Below, in pieces: positions 17,403 to 25,463 of a DNA stretch of 44,400 bases. The notes below the pieces were generated by a model, which saw nothing but the letters and a program-made list of their open reading frames with translations, did no database searches and was not told the origin of the DNA. Within the stretch, counting starts at the first letter, position 1. Every line of letters starts with the position of its first letter. A program made the translations under genes and the position numbers. The DNA is from Methanobacteriota archaeon (GTDB taxonomy: Archaea; Thermoplasmatota; Thermoplasmata; RBG-16-68-12). The stretch is from contig VBML01000020.1 in the NCBI GenBank assembly GCA_005878915.1, positions 1 to 44,400 on the forward strand, given 5' to 3'.

Positions 17403-18291
17403 CTATTTCGTCCTTGCGCGGGCGGACATCAGCGGAGAGCCACGCCACGCGCGGGCAAGATCCGCGGGAGGGGCGACGGCGGCGAGGTGCGCGAGGTACC
17501 CGACGACCGCGAGCGGGAGGAGCGGCCACAACACCGGCGCGAGGATGATGGCGGTCGAAAGTCCCGCGCCGATCCCAAGCTGAATCACCCTGAGCTCGTT
17601 GCGGGTCACGGCTTTCAGGTCCGTCGGGTCTAAGCGGCGATGCAGCACGGCGGCGGCTGCGGTGATGAACCCCGCGACGAGGAAGGCAGGGTGGACCACG
17701 AGCCCGAGCATTAGATAGAGGCCAGCTCCCGCGGCAGCGAGGATTGTCGCGTACGCCACCGCGAGCCTCGGCCCGAGAGCGACAACCGTCGTCCGTTTCT
17801 TGGGGACGGCCGTGCGATCCGCTCCCGCATCGAGGTAGTGGTGAACGACAAGCATCGCGGTGCACACGAGTGCATGCGCGGAGAGAGCAACGATGGCGGT
17901 CAAGGACGAGCCATCCTGCGCGAAGGAGACCGACAATCGCCGCGAGGCCGGCGACGCCGATCGACGAGATCAAGAAGATGACCCACAGGTCCCGCTCCGT
18001 GAGAAGCCCCATCGCCAGGACTTTGCTCCCGCCCGAGAGCGCACGGGGGGATCGATCGCGGTCCGTTCCGCTCCGCCAGTCGAAGATTTCGTTCACCGCG
18101 TGCGTCTCCCAACCCTGGATGAGCCCCGCGAGGGCCAGCGCGACGACGAACCAGAGCACGTCGAATCGACCCGTCCCCAAAACGGCGAGGGCGGTCCCGA
18201 GGGCGACCGCCGTGTACGACCACAGGAGGACTGGGATCATCCGGAACTCGAGGAACCACCCGAGGGCCTTCTTCCGCCCTCCTCCAGCCAC
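17403..18291 (-). pseudogene. UbiA-family prenyltransferase interrupted by an apparent +1 frameshift (or assembly indel)
   Basis: The N-terminal ~125 aa (GTG 18291, frame of track ORF 17239-18444) carry NEIFDWRSGTDR and TM helices. That frame then turns Arg-rich. The C-terminal ~175 aa (track ORF 17403-17936, +1 frame) carry HHYLDAGADR and more TM helices. Together they total ~296 aa, the normal UbiA size. Confidence 0.6.
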
Positions 18292-18299
18292 GGGGGAAA

Positions 18300-18319
18300 C
18301 TATCGAGATAGTAATATTA
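18300..18319. promoter_or_regulatory. Inverted repeat plus A/T palindrome in the divergent UbiA/ArsR promoter region
   Basis: CTATC-GA-GATAG (18300-18311) is followed directly by the palindrome TAATATTA (18312-18319). This is the only A/T-rich patch between GTG 18291 (minus strand) and the ArsR gene. Confidence 0.4.
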
Positions 18320-18361
18320 GATGGTTCGGCAATAGGTAGTCCAATCACCTGATCGGGGGGT

Positions 18362-18694
18362 GTGAGGGCCAGGGCGATGGTGAACAAGCGGCTGTGGCAC
18401 TTGATCGCAGGCACCCGGGGCGGTGTCAACCGAGCGAAGATCATCTGGTACCTCCGCGAGCGTCCCTCGAACGCGAACGCGATCGCGGGACATCTTGGTT
18501 TGGATTACAAGACGGTCCGGCACCACCTCGACGTCCTCCGGGCGAACGACGTCGTGATGTCGACGGGGGCGGACAACGGCTACGCCACGATGTACTCCCT
18601 CACCCCCCGCCTGCAGACGCATTTCGAGGAGTTCCTTGAGATCTGGACCCGCTTTCGGGGAAAACTAGATAGCCGCCCGTCCCCCAATCCCTAG
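18362..18694 (+). CDS. ArsR-family winged-helix transcriptional regulator
   Basis: RAKIIWYLRERPSNANAIAGHLGLDYKTVRHHLDVLRANDVV is a typical ArsR HTH. ATG 18377 (MVNKRLW) is a likely start. Confidence 0.8.
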   Translation: MRARAMVNKRLWHLIAGTRGGVNRAKIIWYLRERPSNANAIAGHLGLDYKTVRHHLDVLRANDVVMSTGADNGYATMYSLTPRLQTHFEEFLEIWTRFRGKLDSRPSPNP

Positions 18695-18703
18695 GTACCC
18701 CCA

Positions 18704-18997
18704 ATGGCTCTCGGCACGTTCTGGGCCCTGAACATTGCGTTCGCCGCAGTCAGCGCGGCCATCCTCGTGGCTCTCCTCTACGTGTACGGTCGCAACGCAA
18801 CGCAGATCAAATCAAAGTTCACCGTGGGTCTCGTTTTGTTTGGGGTCCTGTTCCTTCTTCAGAATGTAGCGGGGATGTGGATCTACCTGGCGATGAACAA
18901 CGAGGGCTTGGGGGCGAACGTGGCGGTCCCGATGCTGTTCCTGAATGTCACCGAGGTCGGGGCTCTCGTGGCCCTCGTGGCAATCACCTGGGACTGA
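18704..18997 (+). CDS. Small integral membrane protein (3 TM), co-oriented with the ArsR gene
   Basis: 97 aa with three hydrophobic helices and good GC3 bias. It lies 9 nt after the regulator's stop. Confidence 0.65.
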   Translation: MALGTFWALNIAFAAVSAAILVALLYVYGRNATQIKSKFTVGLVLFGVLFLLQNVAGMWIYLAMNNEGLGANVAVPMLFLNVTEVGALVALVAITWD

Positions 18998-19029
18998 CGC
19001 CGCTCGGCAGGCAATCGGACCGTGTCGGG

Positions 19030-19935
19030 CTATGAGTTTTGAACATTGAATGTCAGCACGAGCGCGCCCGTCAACGTCCCGCTCCCATTGCTCGCCGAGG
19101 TCGAGAGGAAGAGCCGGTGCGGCCCGTTCGTCAGGGTCGTCGAGTCGATCGTAATCGTCCAGGTCCCCGCCCGCGCGTTCAGCAGCACCGTGCCGGAACT
19201 CCCGTGATGGAAGTCGGGGTCGATCGTCGCGAAGGCCGTCGAGCGGGTAAAGCGACACGTAATTGTTACGACTCCCGCAACTGGCTTGGAAATGAGCTTG
19301 AATCCGTCATCCGGGCCGCAATAGAGGTTCGCGTACGAAAGGCCTTGATACCAGCCCGCCGCCCCGGGGGAGCGGGATCGGGACTCCTTCCCGCTCGAAC
19401 CGCCGCTCCCGGAGTTGTCAATGACCGCGTGCCAACGGGTCGTTTGGTAGAATCGCTCCCCGAACGTGGCATCACCCGCGCGGATGTTCGCCGTGATCCG
19501 GAACTCACGGTTGCCATTCGGGATTTTCGTCGTATCGACGTCCATGGGCACGATGAATGTGCAGTCGTTCGTCGGGCACTCGAGGGACACGGGCTGGATG
19601 AGCGTGTACACGTTGAACGCCTGAATCCGGACCATCGAGACCTTTCCGGGCTGATTGTGGAGCTTGACGACGACATCGAGATGGAGAATCCCGCTCACCA
19701 CCTGGTGCAGCGGGAAGCACGTTTCCGCGTGAACGTGCCGGCCCTCCGGCGCCTCCCCCGGCAGGTTCTGTCGCCACCAACCCTGGGATCCAAGATACCA
19801 TCGAGGTTCGGGGTATCCGACGCACGTGAAGGGATCCGGCGTATCCGATAGCGAAACGTCTGTCGTCGATCGCGCAAAGGGCGGCATGACCAGTACGAGA
19901 GCTGCGCTGACTGCAAGTAGGAGCAACGTCCTCAC
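19030..19935 (-). CDS. Secreted hypothetical protein (301 aa)
   Basis: Signal-like N-terminus MRTLLLLAVSAALVLVMPPFARS. Several Cys pairs, a GSGGSSGKESRSRSPG linker and a beta-rich, Ig-like C-terminal domain. ATTTATCA (minus strand, ~19973-19980) is a TATA-like box upstream. Confidence 0.7.
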   Translation of the reverse strand: MRTLLLLAVSAALVLVMPPFARSTTDVSLSDTPDPFTCVGYPEPRWYLGSQGWWRQNLPGEAPEGRHVHAETCFPLHQVVSGILHLDVVVKLHNQPGKVSMVRIQAFNVYTLIQPVSLECPTNDCTFIVPMDVDTTKIPNGNREFRITANIRAGDATFGERFYQTTRWHAVIDNSGSGGSSGKESRSRSPGAAGWYQGLSYANLYCGPDDGFKLISKPVAGVVTITCRFTRSTAFATIDPDFHHGSSGTVLLNARAGTWTITIDSTTLTNGPHRLFLSTSASNGSGTLTGALVLTFNVQNS

Positions 19936-19977
19936 GATAGCAACCTCCCCGCCGCCTGAGCGCCTTCAGGTGTGATA

Positions 19978-19998
19978 AATTCTTGCATGGCAAGAATT
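19978..19998. promoter_or_regulatory. Perfect 9-bp inverted repeat (candidate operator) in a divergent intergenic region
   Basis: AATTCTTGC-atg-GCAAGAATT lies between the secreted-protein gene (minus strand) and the aldo/keto reductase gene (plus strand). Confidence 0.4.
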
Positions 19999-20133
19999 CT
20001 CAATGTTGAAACTGTTCGTCAAATGGAGGGTTCGGTCGCGCGAAACTCGCTGATGCATAACCGCATCGCGCCCATTCGCGGTAGACGAGGAAAGCGGGAA
20101 TAGGCAACGTTCAACGGCGCCGCTAAATACCGC

Positions 20134-21114
20134 ATGTCCCTTCGCCGCCCGGGGCGCCGCGGAGTGGTGAATTACCGGCCGCTTGGGAAGACGGAAATCG
20201 AGGTCTCCGAGATCGGATTCGGCACCTGGACGCTGACGAGCGGGAAGTGGGGCGCGTTCCCGATGGACAAGGCGGTGGAGCTCCTCCGGTACGCGTATTC
20301 CCAGGGGATTGTGTACTTCGACACCTCGGCCGTTCACGCGGGTGGGCTTGGCGAGGTGTTGCTCGAGAAGGCGTTCAAGGACCAGCGGGACCTCGTCGTC
20401 ATCACGACGAAGGTCGGATATACCGGAGAAGGCGGCCGCAAGGATTTCTCACCTGAACATCTGCGGCGGGCCGTGGAGCAGAGCCTCACCCGCCTGGGGT
20501 CGAGCTACATCGATGTCTTGCAGCTCCACCACCCCGACATGGCGGCAGTGACCAACGAGGCGATGTGGCGGGCTCTCGAGGATCTGAAGTCCGAGGGAAA
20601 GATCCGCTATTACGGGCTCGTGTTCGGACCCGGGCCCGCGGGGTTGGAGGAAGGACGGGTGGCGATGCGGAAGCGCGACATCGGGTGCATCCAAGTCTAC
20701 TACAACATCCTCGAGCAAGAGCCGTCCCGCAAGTTCTTCCCGGTCGCTCTCGAGATTAACCAAGGGATGGTGATCCGCGGGTCCCACGCAGGCGGAGTCC
20801 TCGAAACGAACGCTGCGGCGGCCGCGAGCCTCCCGGAGGACGAGGACCTCCGCGTGAAGGGGCCGGAATTCGTCGCCCGCGGGATGAAACAGGCCGAGGG
20901 CCTCCGGTGGATCTACGAGGGCCGTGGGATGACGCTGGCCCAAGCCGCTCTGAAGTTCATCCTGTCGGAGGAAACCGTCTCCTCCGTTCTCCCGAATATC
21001 TACCGTGCGGAGCAGATCGACGAGTACGGGGCCGTCTCCGACTTTGACGCGTACTCCCAGGTCGACCTCGGGGAGATCGCGGAACAGTTCCGGAAGGGGT
21101 TCGGGGTGGCGTGA
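20134..21114 (+). CDS. Aldo/keto reductase
   Basis: YRPLGKTEIEVSEIGFGTW N-terminus, and the FDTSAVHAGG, ITTKVG and VLQLHHPD motifs. TAAATA at 20120-20125 suggests the true start is GTG 20164 or 20167 (giving MNYRPLGKT). Confidence 0.9.
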   Translation: MSLRRPGRRGVVNYRPLGKTEIEVSEIGFGTWTLTSGKWGAFPMDKAVELLRYAYSQGIVYFDTSAVHAGGLGEVLLEKAFKDQRDLVVITTKVGYTGEGGRKDFSPEHLRRAVEQSLTRLGSSYIDVLQLHHPDMAAVTNEAMWRALEDLKSEGKIRYYGLVFGPGPAGLEEGRVAMRKRDIGCIQVYYNILEQEPSRKFFPVALEINQGMVIRGSHAGGVLETNAAAAASLPEDEDLRVKGPEFVARGMKQAEGLRWIYEGRGMTLAQAALKFILSEETVSSVLPNIYRAEQIDEYGAVSDFDAYSQVDLGEIAEQFRKGFGVA

Positions 21115-21118
21115 ACGG

Positions 21119-21625
21119 ATGCTCCTGGGCTTCGTCGATGGGCGGGGCCGTGCGTACGATGTGAGCTTCCGGACCCTGCGGCTTTCCCTGACCGATGAGG
21201 ACGGAGTTATCGCCACGGAACCTCCGGAGAAGGTCACCGTCCAAGGGTCGGCGACGGTCTCGGTCGACCTCATCGATTCGAAGCGGATCGCCTTCCTCCA
21301 TGCGCTGAACGGGGAGCTGACCGCGACGGGGACCCGCATCATCTTCCTTGCGACAGCGGGCCTCGCCAGGAAGGCCCCGTTTACATTCTTCAACGTCTCC
21401 CTCAGCCTGCAACTGACGGCGATCGAGCACTTCTTCACCGCCCAGGGCGGCCGGGAGTTCCTGCAGTTCCGAAAGGAAGACATCGAGTCATCCACAGGCG
21501 AGCGCGCGGCACTGGACATTGTCATTCGCGGGCCGCGGCCAGGGAAGATCAACGAAGCCTCCCGCTATCGCGTACGGGTCGAACCCCGAGCGCTTGGGGA
21601 ACGTGCGCTGAACGCGCTTGCATGA
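21119..21625 (+). CDS. Hypothetical protein (168 aa)
   Basis: The track ORF 21005-21625 overlaps the reductase. ATG 21119 lies 4 nt after its stop. The sequence is beta-rich, with good GC3 bias and no recognisable motif. Confidence 0.6.
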   Translation: MLLGFVDGRGRAYDVSFRTLRLSLTDEDGVIATEPPEKVTVQGSATVSVDLIDSKRIAFLHALNGELTATGTRIIFLATAGLARKAPFTFFNVSLSLQLTAIEHFFTAQGGREFLQFRKEDIESSTGERAALDIVIRGPRPGKINEASRYRVRVEPRALGERALNALA

Positions 21626-21679
21626 TGTCGTACGCAGGCAGACGAAAGGGTTATGAGAGCGGCGACCTAGTGGCGCCCG

Positions 21680-21820
21680 ATGTCGTACGACCTTGGAGTC
21701 CTGAACCTCTCGGGCGAGAAGAAAAAAAAGAAGATGAACCGGATGTGGATGTACGTCGGCGGCGCGGTCGTCGCGGTCGTCGTGATCGTGGCCGCAGTCT
21801 GGGTCTTCTTCCGCCGATAG
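21680..21820 (+). CDS. Small tail-anchored membrane peptide (46 aa, not in the ORF track)
   Basis: MSYDLGVLNLSGEKKKKKMNRMWMYVGGAVVAVVVIVAAVWVFFRR has very strong GC3 bias and one TM helix. The overlapping 71-aa track ORF (21622-21837) becomes Arg-rich off-frame sequence over the same nucleotides. Confidence 0.45.
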   Translation: MSYDLGVLNLSGEKKKKKMNRMWMYVGGAVVAVVVIVAAVWVFFRR

Positions 21821-21969
21821 GCCTTCCCGTCGGATAGTAGCAGCGCGGTGGTGCCGCGCCGCGGAACCCGGGCACGGCGAAAGCTCCCGTGGTCCCCTCG
21901 CTAATAATCACGTTGGATATCGGACTCGAAAGCACTTTCCCCCCAGACCACTAAAGGTCACACAGCTCC

Positions 21970-22233
21970 ATGGCGACGGTCGACCTCGACGAGACCGCGA
22001 AGGGCATCCTCAAGGCAACTCTGGCCTCGCCGAAGACGGCGGGCGAGCTCACTCGGATCTTTGGATTGCCCGGGGCCGTGGTCGTGGACTACCTGGGGCT
22101 GTTGGAGCAGCTCGGCCTCTTGCGGGTCGTGCTCTCGTATTTCGGCCGGGACGGCCGCATGGTCCGATACTACCAGGCGGATCTCCCGATTGACATGTCC
22201 GACGTCGCGTCGAGCGAGGCCGCTGGGCGGTGA
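21970..22233 (+). CDS. Small winged-helix DNA-binding protein (ArsR/TrmB-like)
   Basis: 87 aa. SPKTAGELTRIFGLPGAVVVDYLGLLEQLGLL has an HTH-like pattern. Confidence 0.6.
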   Translation: MATVDLDETAKGILKATLASPKTAGELTRIFGLPGAVVVDYLGLLEQLGLLRVVLSYFGRDGRMVRYYQADLPIDMSDVASSEAAGR

Positions 22234-22344
22234 TGCCTCCTCGGGGCGACAGTTCTGCTCCTGAAAACCATATCGTCAACCCTTAAATACGAGCAGCCAT
22301 TTTCACCGCTCGCCATTTTTGGCGCTTTTCGAGGGAGTATTCGC

Positions 22345-22986
22345 ATGCCTGACAGTTACAAAGAAGTCGAGACGGGCACGACGACAGTGGGGATCGTCGC
22401 CAAGGAAGGGGTCGTCCTCGCAGCGGACCGCCGGGCAACCGCGGGCACGATGATTGCGCACAAGCGGACGCGGAAGGTCTACCGCCTCGATGCGAACCTG
22501 GGGCTGACGACCGCAGGCCTCGTCGGCGACCTCCAACAGATCGCGCGATACGTGACCGCCGAGGTGGAACTGTACAAGCTGAAGCGCAATACGCCAATGC
22601 CCGTGGAGTCGTGCGCCACGCTTACGGCGAACATCCTCGCGGGGCGGCGCTACTTCCCATACTGGGTCCAGCTCGTGATTGGCGGGGTGGATCGGAAGGG
22701 AGGGTCCGTGTATTCCCTCGACCTCGCGGGCGGATCGCTTCCCGACAAGTTCGTCTCCACGGGCTCTGGAAGCCCGTACGTGTACGGCGTCCTGGAGGAC
22801 CACTACCGCGACGATATCCAGATCGGCCCGGCCACGGACCTCGCGATCCGCGGGGTTCACACCGCGATGAAGCGGGACTCCGCGACGGGCGAGGGGATCG
22901 ATGTCGCCGTGATCACAAAGGACGGATACGCCGAGCTCTCTGATCCTGAAGTCGAGAAGCGAAAGGCGGCGATGAAGCTCACGTGA
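22345..22986 (+). CDS. psmB: Proteasome subunit beta
   Basis: A short propeptide precedes the catalytic Thr in G-TTTVGIVAKEGVVLAADRRAT, and GSGSPYVYG is also present. A GAGGGAG SD-like element lies 8 nt upstream of the ATG. Confidence 0.95.
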   Translation: MPDSYKEVETGTTTVGIVAKEGVVLAADRRATAGTMIAHKRTRKVYRLDANLGLTTAGLVGDLQQIARYVTAEVELYKLKRNTPMPVESCATLTANILAGRRYFPYWVQLVIGGVDRKGGSVYSLDLAGGSLPDKFVSTGSGSPYVYGVLEDHYRDDIQIGPATDLAIRGVHTAMKRDSATGEGIDVAVITKDGYAELSDPEVEKRKAAMKLT

Positions 22987-23054
22987 CGCGCTGACGGCGC
23001 GAACACCTAACCACGACCTGGCCCCGGTGGGGCGCAGAGCCGAGTGAATCGAAG

Positions 23055-24962
23055 ATGAGCATCGAAGACATTCTCGCCGAAGCGAAAGCCGTTGTGAAGA
23101 AGGTCGTCCCCGACCACGTGGAGATCACGCAGATCGATTTCGAAGGTCCCGTGATCGTGATCTACACGAAGAACATGGAGGCGTTCGCCGAGAGCAATGA
23201 TATTGTCCGCCAGCTCGCGCAGAACCTCCGTCGGCGGATTCAGGTCCGACCCGACCCGTCTGTCCTCATGAAGCCCGAGGATGCCGACCTCGTCATTCGG
23301 GAGCTGATTCCGAAGGAAGCCCAGATTACGAATATCTTCTTCGAGGAGGAGACCGGAGAGGTCCAGATTGAGGCCCTGTCCCCCGGACTCGTCATCGGCA
23401 AACACGGGTCGCTGTTGAACGAGGTCAAGAGGAAAATCGGGTGGGCGCCGAAGGTCGTTCGGACCCCCCCGATTCCCTCGAAGACGGTTGAGGACATCCG
23501 CGCCTACCTCCGCACGATCCAGGATGAGCGCCAGCAGTTCCTGAAGCAGATCGGCCGGAGGCTCGCTCGGGAAATCCCCCCCGGGGAAAACTACGTCCGG
23601 ATCACGTCGCTCGGCGGGTATCGCCAGGTCGGACGGTCCGCGACCCTCCTGAACACCAGGGAATCGAAGATCCTGATCGACTGCGGGGTCCTCATCTCCG
23701 AAGACAACGGATCCCCATACCTGAACGCGCCCGAGGTGACCCCCCTCAGCTCGATTGACGCGGTCGTGATCACGCACGCGCACCTGGATCACTGCGGCCT
23801 TGTCCCCGCCCTATACAAATATGGCTACGACGGGCCGGTGTACGCCACGCCCCCGACTCGAGACATGATGTCCCTCCTCCAGCTCGATTTCATCAAGGTC
23901 GCAATGGGCGAGGCCCGCAAGTCGCCGTACGAGTCGAGCAACATCCGCCAAGAGGTCGCGAAAACGATCCCCCTGAAGTACGGCGAGACGACGGACATCG
24001 CTCCGGATGTGCGCCTGACATTTCAGAACGCGGGTCATATCATTGGATCGGCGACGGCCCACTTCCACATCGGGGACGGGCTGTACAATGTCGCGATGAG
24101 CGGGGACATCAAGTTCGAGAAGACGTGGCTCTTCAACCCCGCGGTGAACAAGTTCCCGCGCCTGGAGACCCTCGTCCTCGAGTCCACGTATGGGGGGTTC
24201 CACGACATCCAACCCTCCCGGCACGAGGCCGCGGCGCAGTTCAAGAACATCATCGGGCGCGTGCTGAGCCGGGGCGGCAAGGTCCTCGTCCCCGTGTTCG
24301 CTGTGGGCCGGTCCCAAGAGGTCATGCTCGTCCTGGAGGAGGCGATGCGGACCGGTCAGATCCCCCAGGCCCCCGTGTACCTGGACGGGATGATCTGGGA
24401 GGCGACCGCGATTCACACCGCGTATCCGGAGTACCTGAACTCGCAGCTCCGTACGCAGATCTTCCAGACCGGCGAGAATCCGTTCCTCTCGCCGATGTTC
24501 AAGCGGGTCGAGACCTCCGACATGAGGGCGAACATCATCGACGACGTGGAGCCGTGCATCGTCCTCGCGACGAGCGGGATGATGAGCGGCGGGCCCGTCC
24601 TAGAGTACTTCAAGGGCTGGGGGGACAACCCGCTCCATGCCCTCCTCTTCGTCGGTTTCCAGTCTGAGGGGTCCCTGGGCCGTCGGATCCAACGGGAGGC
24701 CCGCGAGATCACGCTGAACGATCGCGGGAATCCCCTGACCCTCCAGATCAAGATGGACGTGGAGACGATCGACGGATTCTCGGGCCATTCGGATCGCCTC
24801 CAACTCCTGAACTACGTGGGTACAATGGAGCCGCGGCCCGAGCGGGTCATCGTGAACCACGGCGAGGAATACAAGTGCTCGGACCTCGCCTCGAGCCTGT
24901 ACAAGAAATTCGGTGTCGAAACGCGGGCTCCGATGAACCTGGAGACGATCCGGCTGAAGTAG
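23055..24962 (+). CDS. aCPSF1: aCPSF1/FttA: KH-domain beta-CASP metallo-beta-lactamase ribonuclease (archaeal transcription termination factor)
   Basis: 635 aa. Two N-terminal KH-like domains (GLVIGKHGSLL) are followed by the HAHLDHCG MBL motif, beta-CASP motifs and a C-terminal GFSGHSD...NHGE segment. Confidence 0.95.
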   Translation: MSIEDILAEAKAVVKKVVPDHVEITQIDFEGPVIVIYTKNMEAFAESNDIVRQLAQNLRRRIQVRPDPSVLMKPEDADLVIRELIPKEAQITNIFFEEETGEVQIEALSPGLVIGKHGSLLNEVKRKIGWAPKVVRTPPIPSKTVEDIRAYLRTIQDERQQFLKQIGRRLAREIPPGENYVRITSLGGYRQVGRSATLLNTRESKILIDCGVLISEDNGSPYLNAPEVTPLSSIDAVVITHAHLDHCGLVPALYKYGYDGPVYATPPTRDMMSLLQLDFIKVAMGEARKSPYESSNIRQEVAKTIPLKYGETTDIAPDVRLTFQNAGHIIGSATAHFHIGDGLYNVAMSGDIKFEKTWLFNPAVNKFPRLETLVLESTYGGFHDIQPSRHEAAAQFKNIIGRVLSRGGKVLVPVFAVGRSQEVMLVLEEAMRTGQIPQAPVYLDGMIWEATAIHTAYPEYLNSQLRTQIFQTGENPFLSPMFKRVETSDMRANIIDDVEPCIVLATSGMMSGGPVLEYFKGWGDNPLHALLFVGFQSEGSLGRRIQREAREITLNDRGNPLTLQIKMDVETIDGFSGHSDRLQLLNYVGTMEPRPERVIVNHGEEYKCSDLASSLYKKFGVETRAPMNLETIRLK

Positions 24963-24982
24963 GGGCGGCGCGACGGGCGCCG

Positions 24983-25462
24983 TCAACTACCGCCCAGCTG
25001 GGGTTCGGTAGCTGCCTGACGCTGAATCGCGAGGGCGAGCCCCAGAATCCCGAGATCGAGAGCGAACCCCGCCGCGCAGAGGAGACAGACCGCCTGGATT
25101 ACGAAGACCTCAATCAGGCTCAGCCCGAGGCCGATCACCGCTCCGATGCCTGCCAGAACGGCAAGCCCACGATTGAGATCCATGCGCCCGATGCGGCTCC
25201 TTCCCAGGAACAGGGAGGTCGAGACCGCGAGGATGAGGCCGAAGCCGATGACGCCAATGAGGGCCGTCGGCACACCCCCAACCGCGGAAAATGGGCTCTC
25301 CCGCACGCGGGAACAGCTGAAGTACGAACCCACGTCACAGAACGACGCCCCCGCCGCGGCATACCACTCCCCGGTGAGATAGGCGGCGTCCACGGTACCG
25401 GCAGTCGCGAGCAGTGCAACCAGGACAAGGAGGTCTCCCCTCGACAAGCCGCGGAATCCCAT
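24983..25462 (-). CDS. Vitamin K epoxide reductase (VKOR) family membrane protein
   Basis: Four TM helices, a loop Cys pair (FCDVGSYFSCSRV), the conserved S...GVP segment and a redox CLLC motif in the last helix. Confidence 0.85.
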   Translation of the reverse strand: MGFRGLSRGDLLVLVALLATAGTVDAAYLTGEWYAAAGASFCDVGSYFSCSRVRESPFSAVGGVPTALIGVIGFGLILAVSTSLFLGRSRIGRMDLNRGLAVLAGIGAVIGLGLSLIEVFVIQAVCLLCAAGFALDLGILGLALAIQRQAATEPQLGGS

Positions 25463-25463
25463 G

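Noticed and set aside
22230-22264. C/D-box sRNA-like GTGATGC ... CTGA upstream of psmB
   Set aside because: The C box is imperfect and overlaps the 3' end of the preceding CDS. There are no C'/D' boxes or terminal stem, and the spacing is too short for a complete C/D sRNA.
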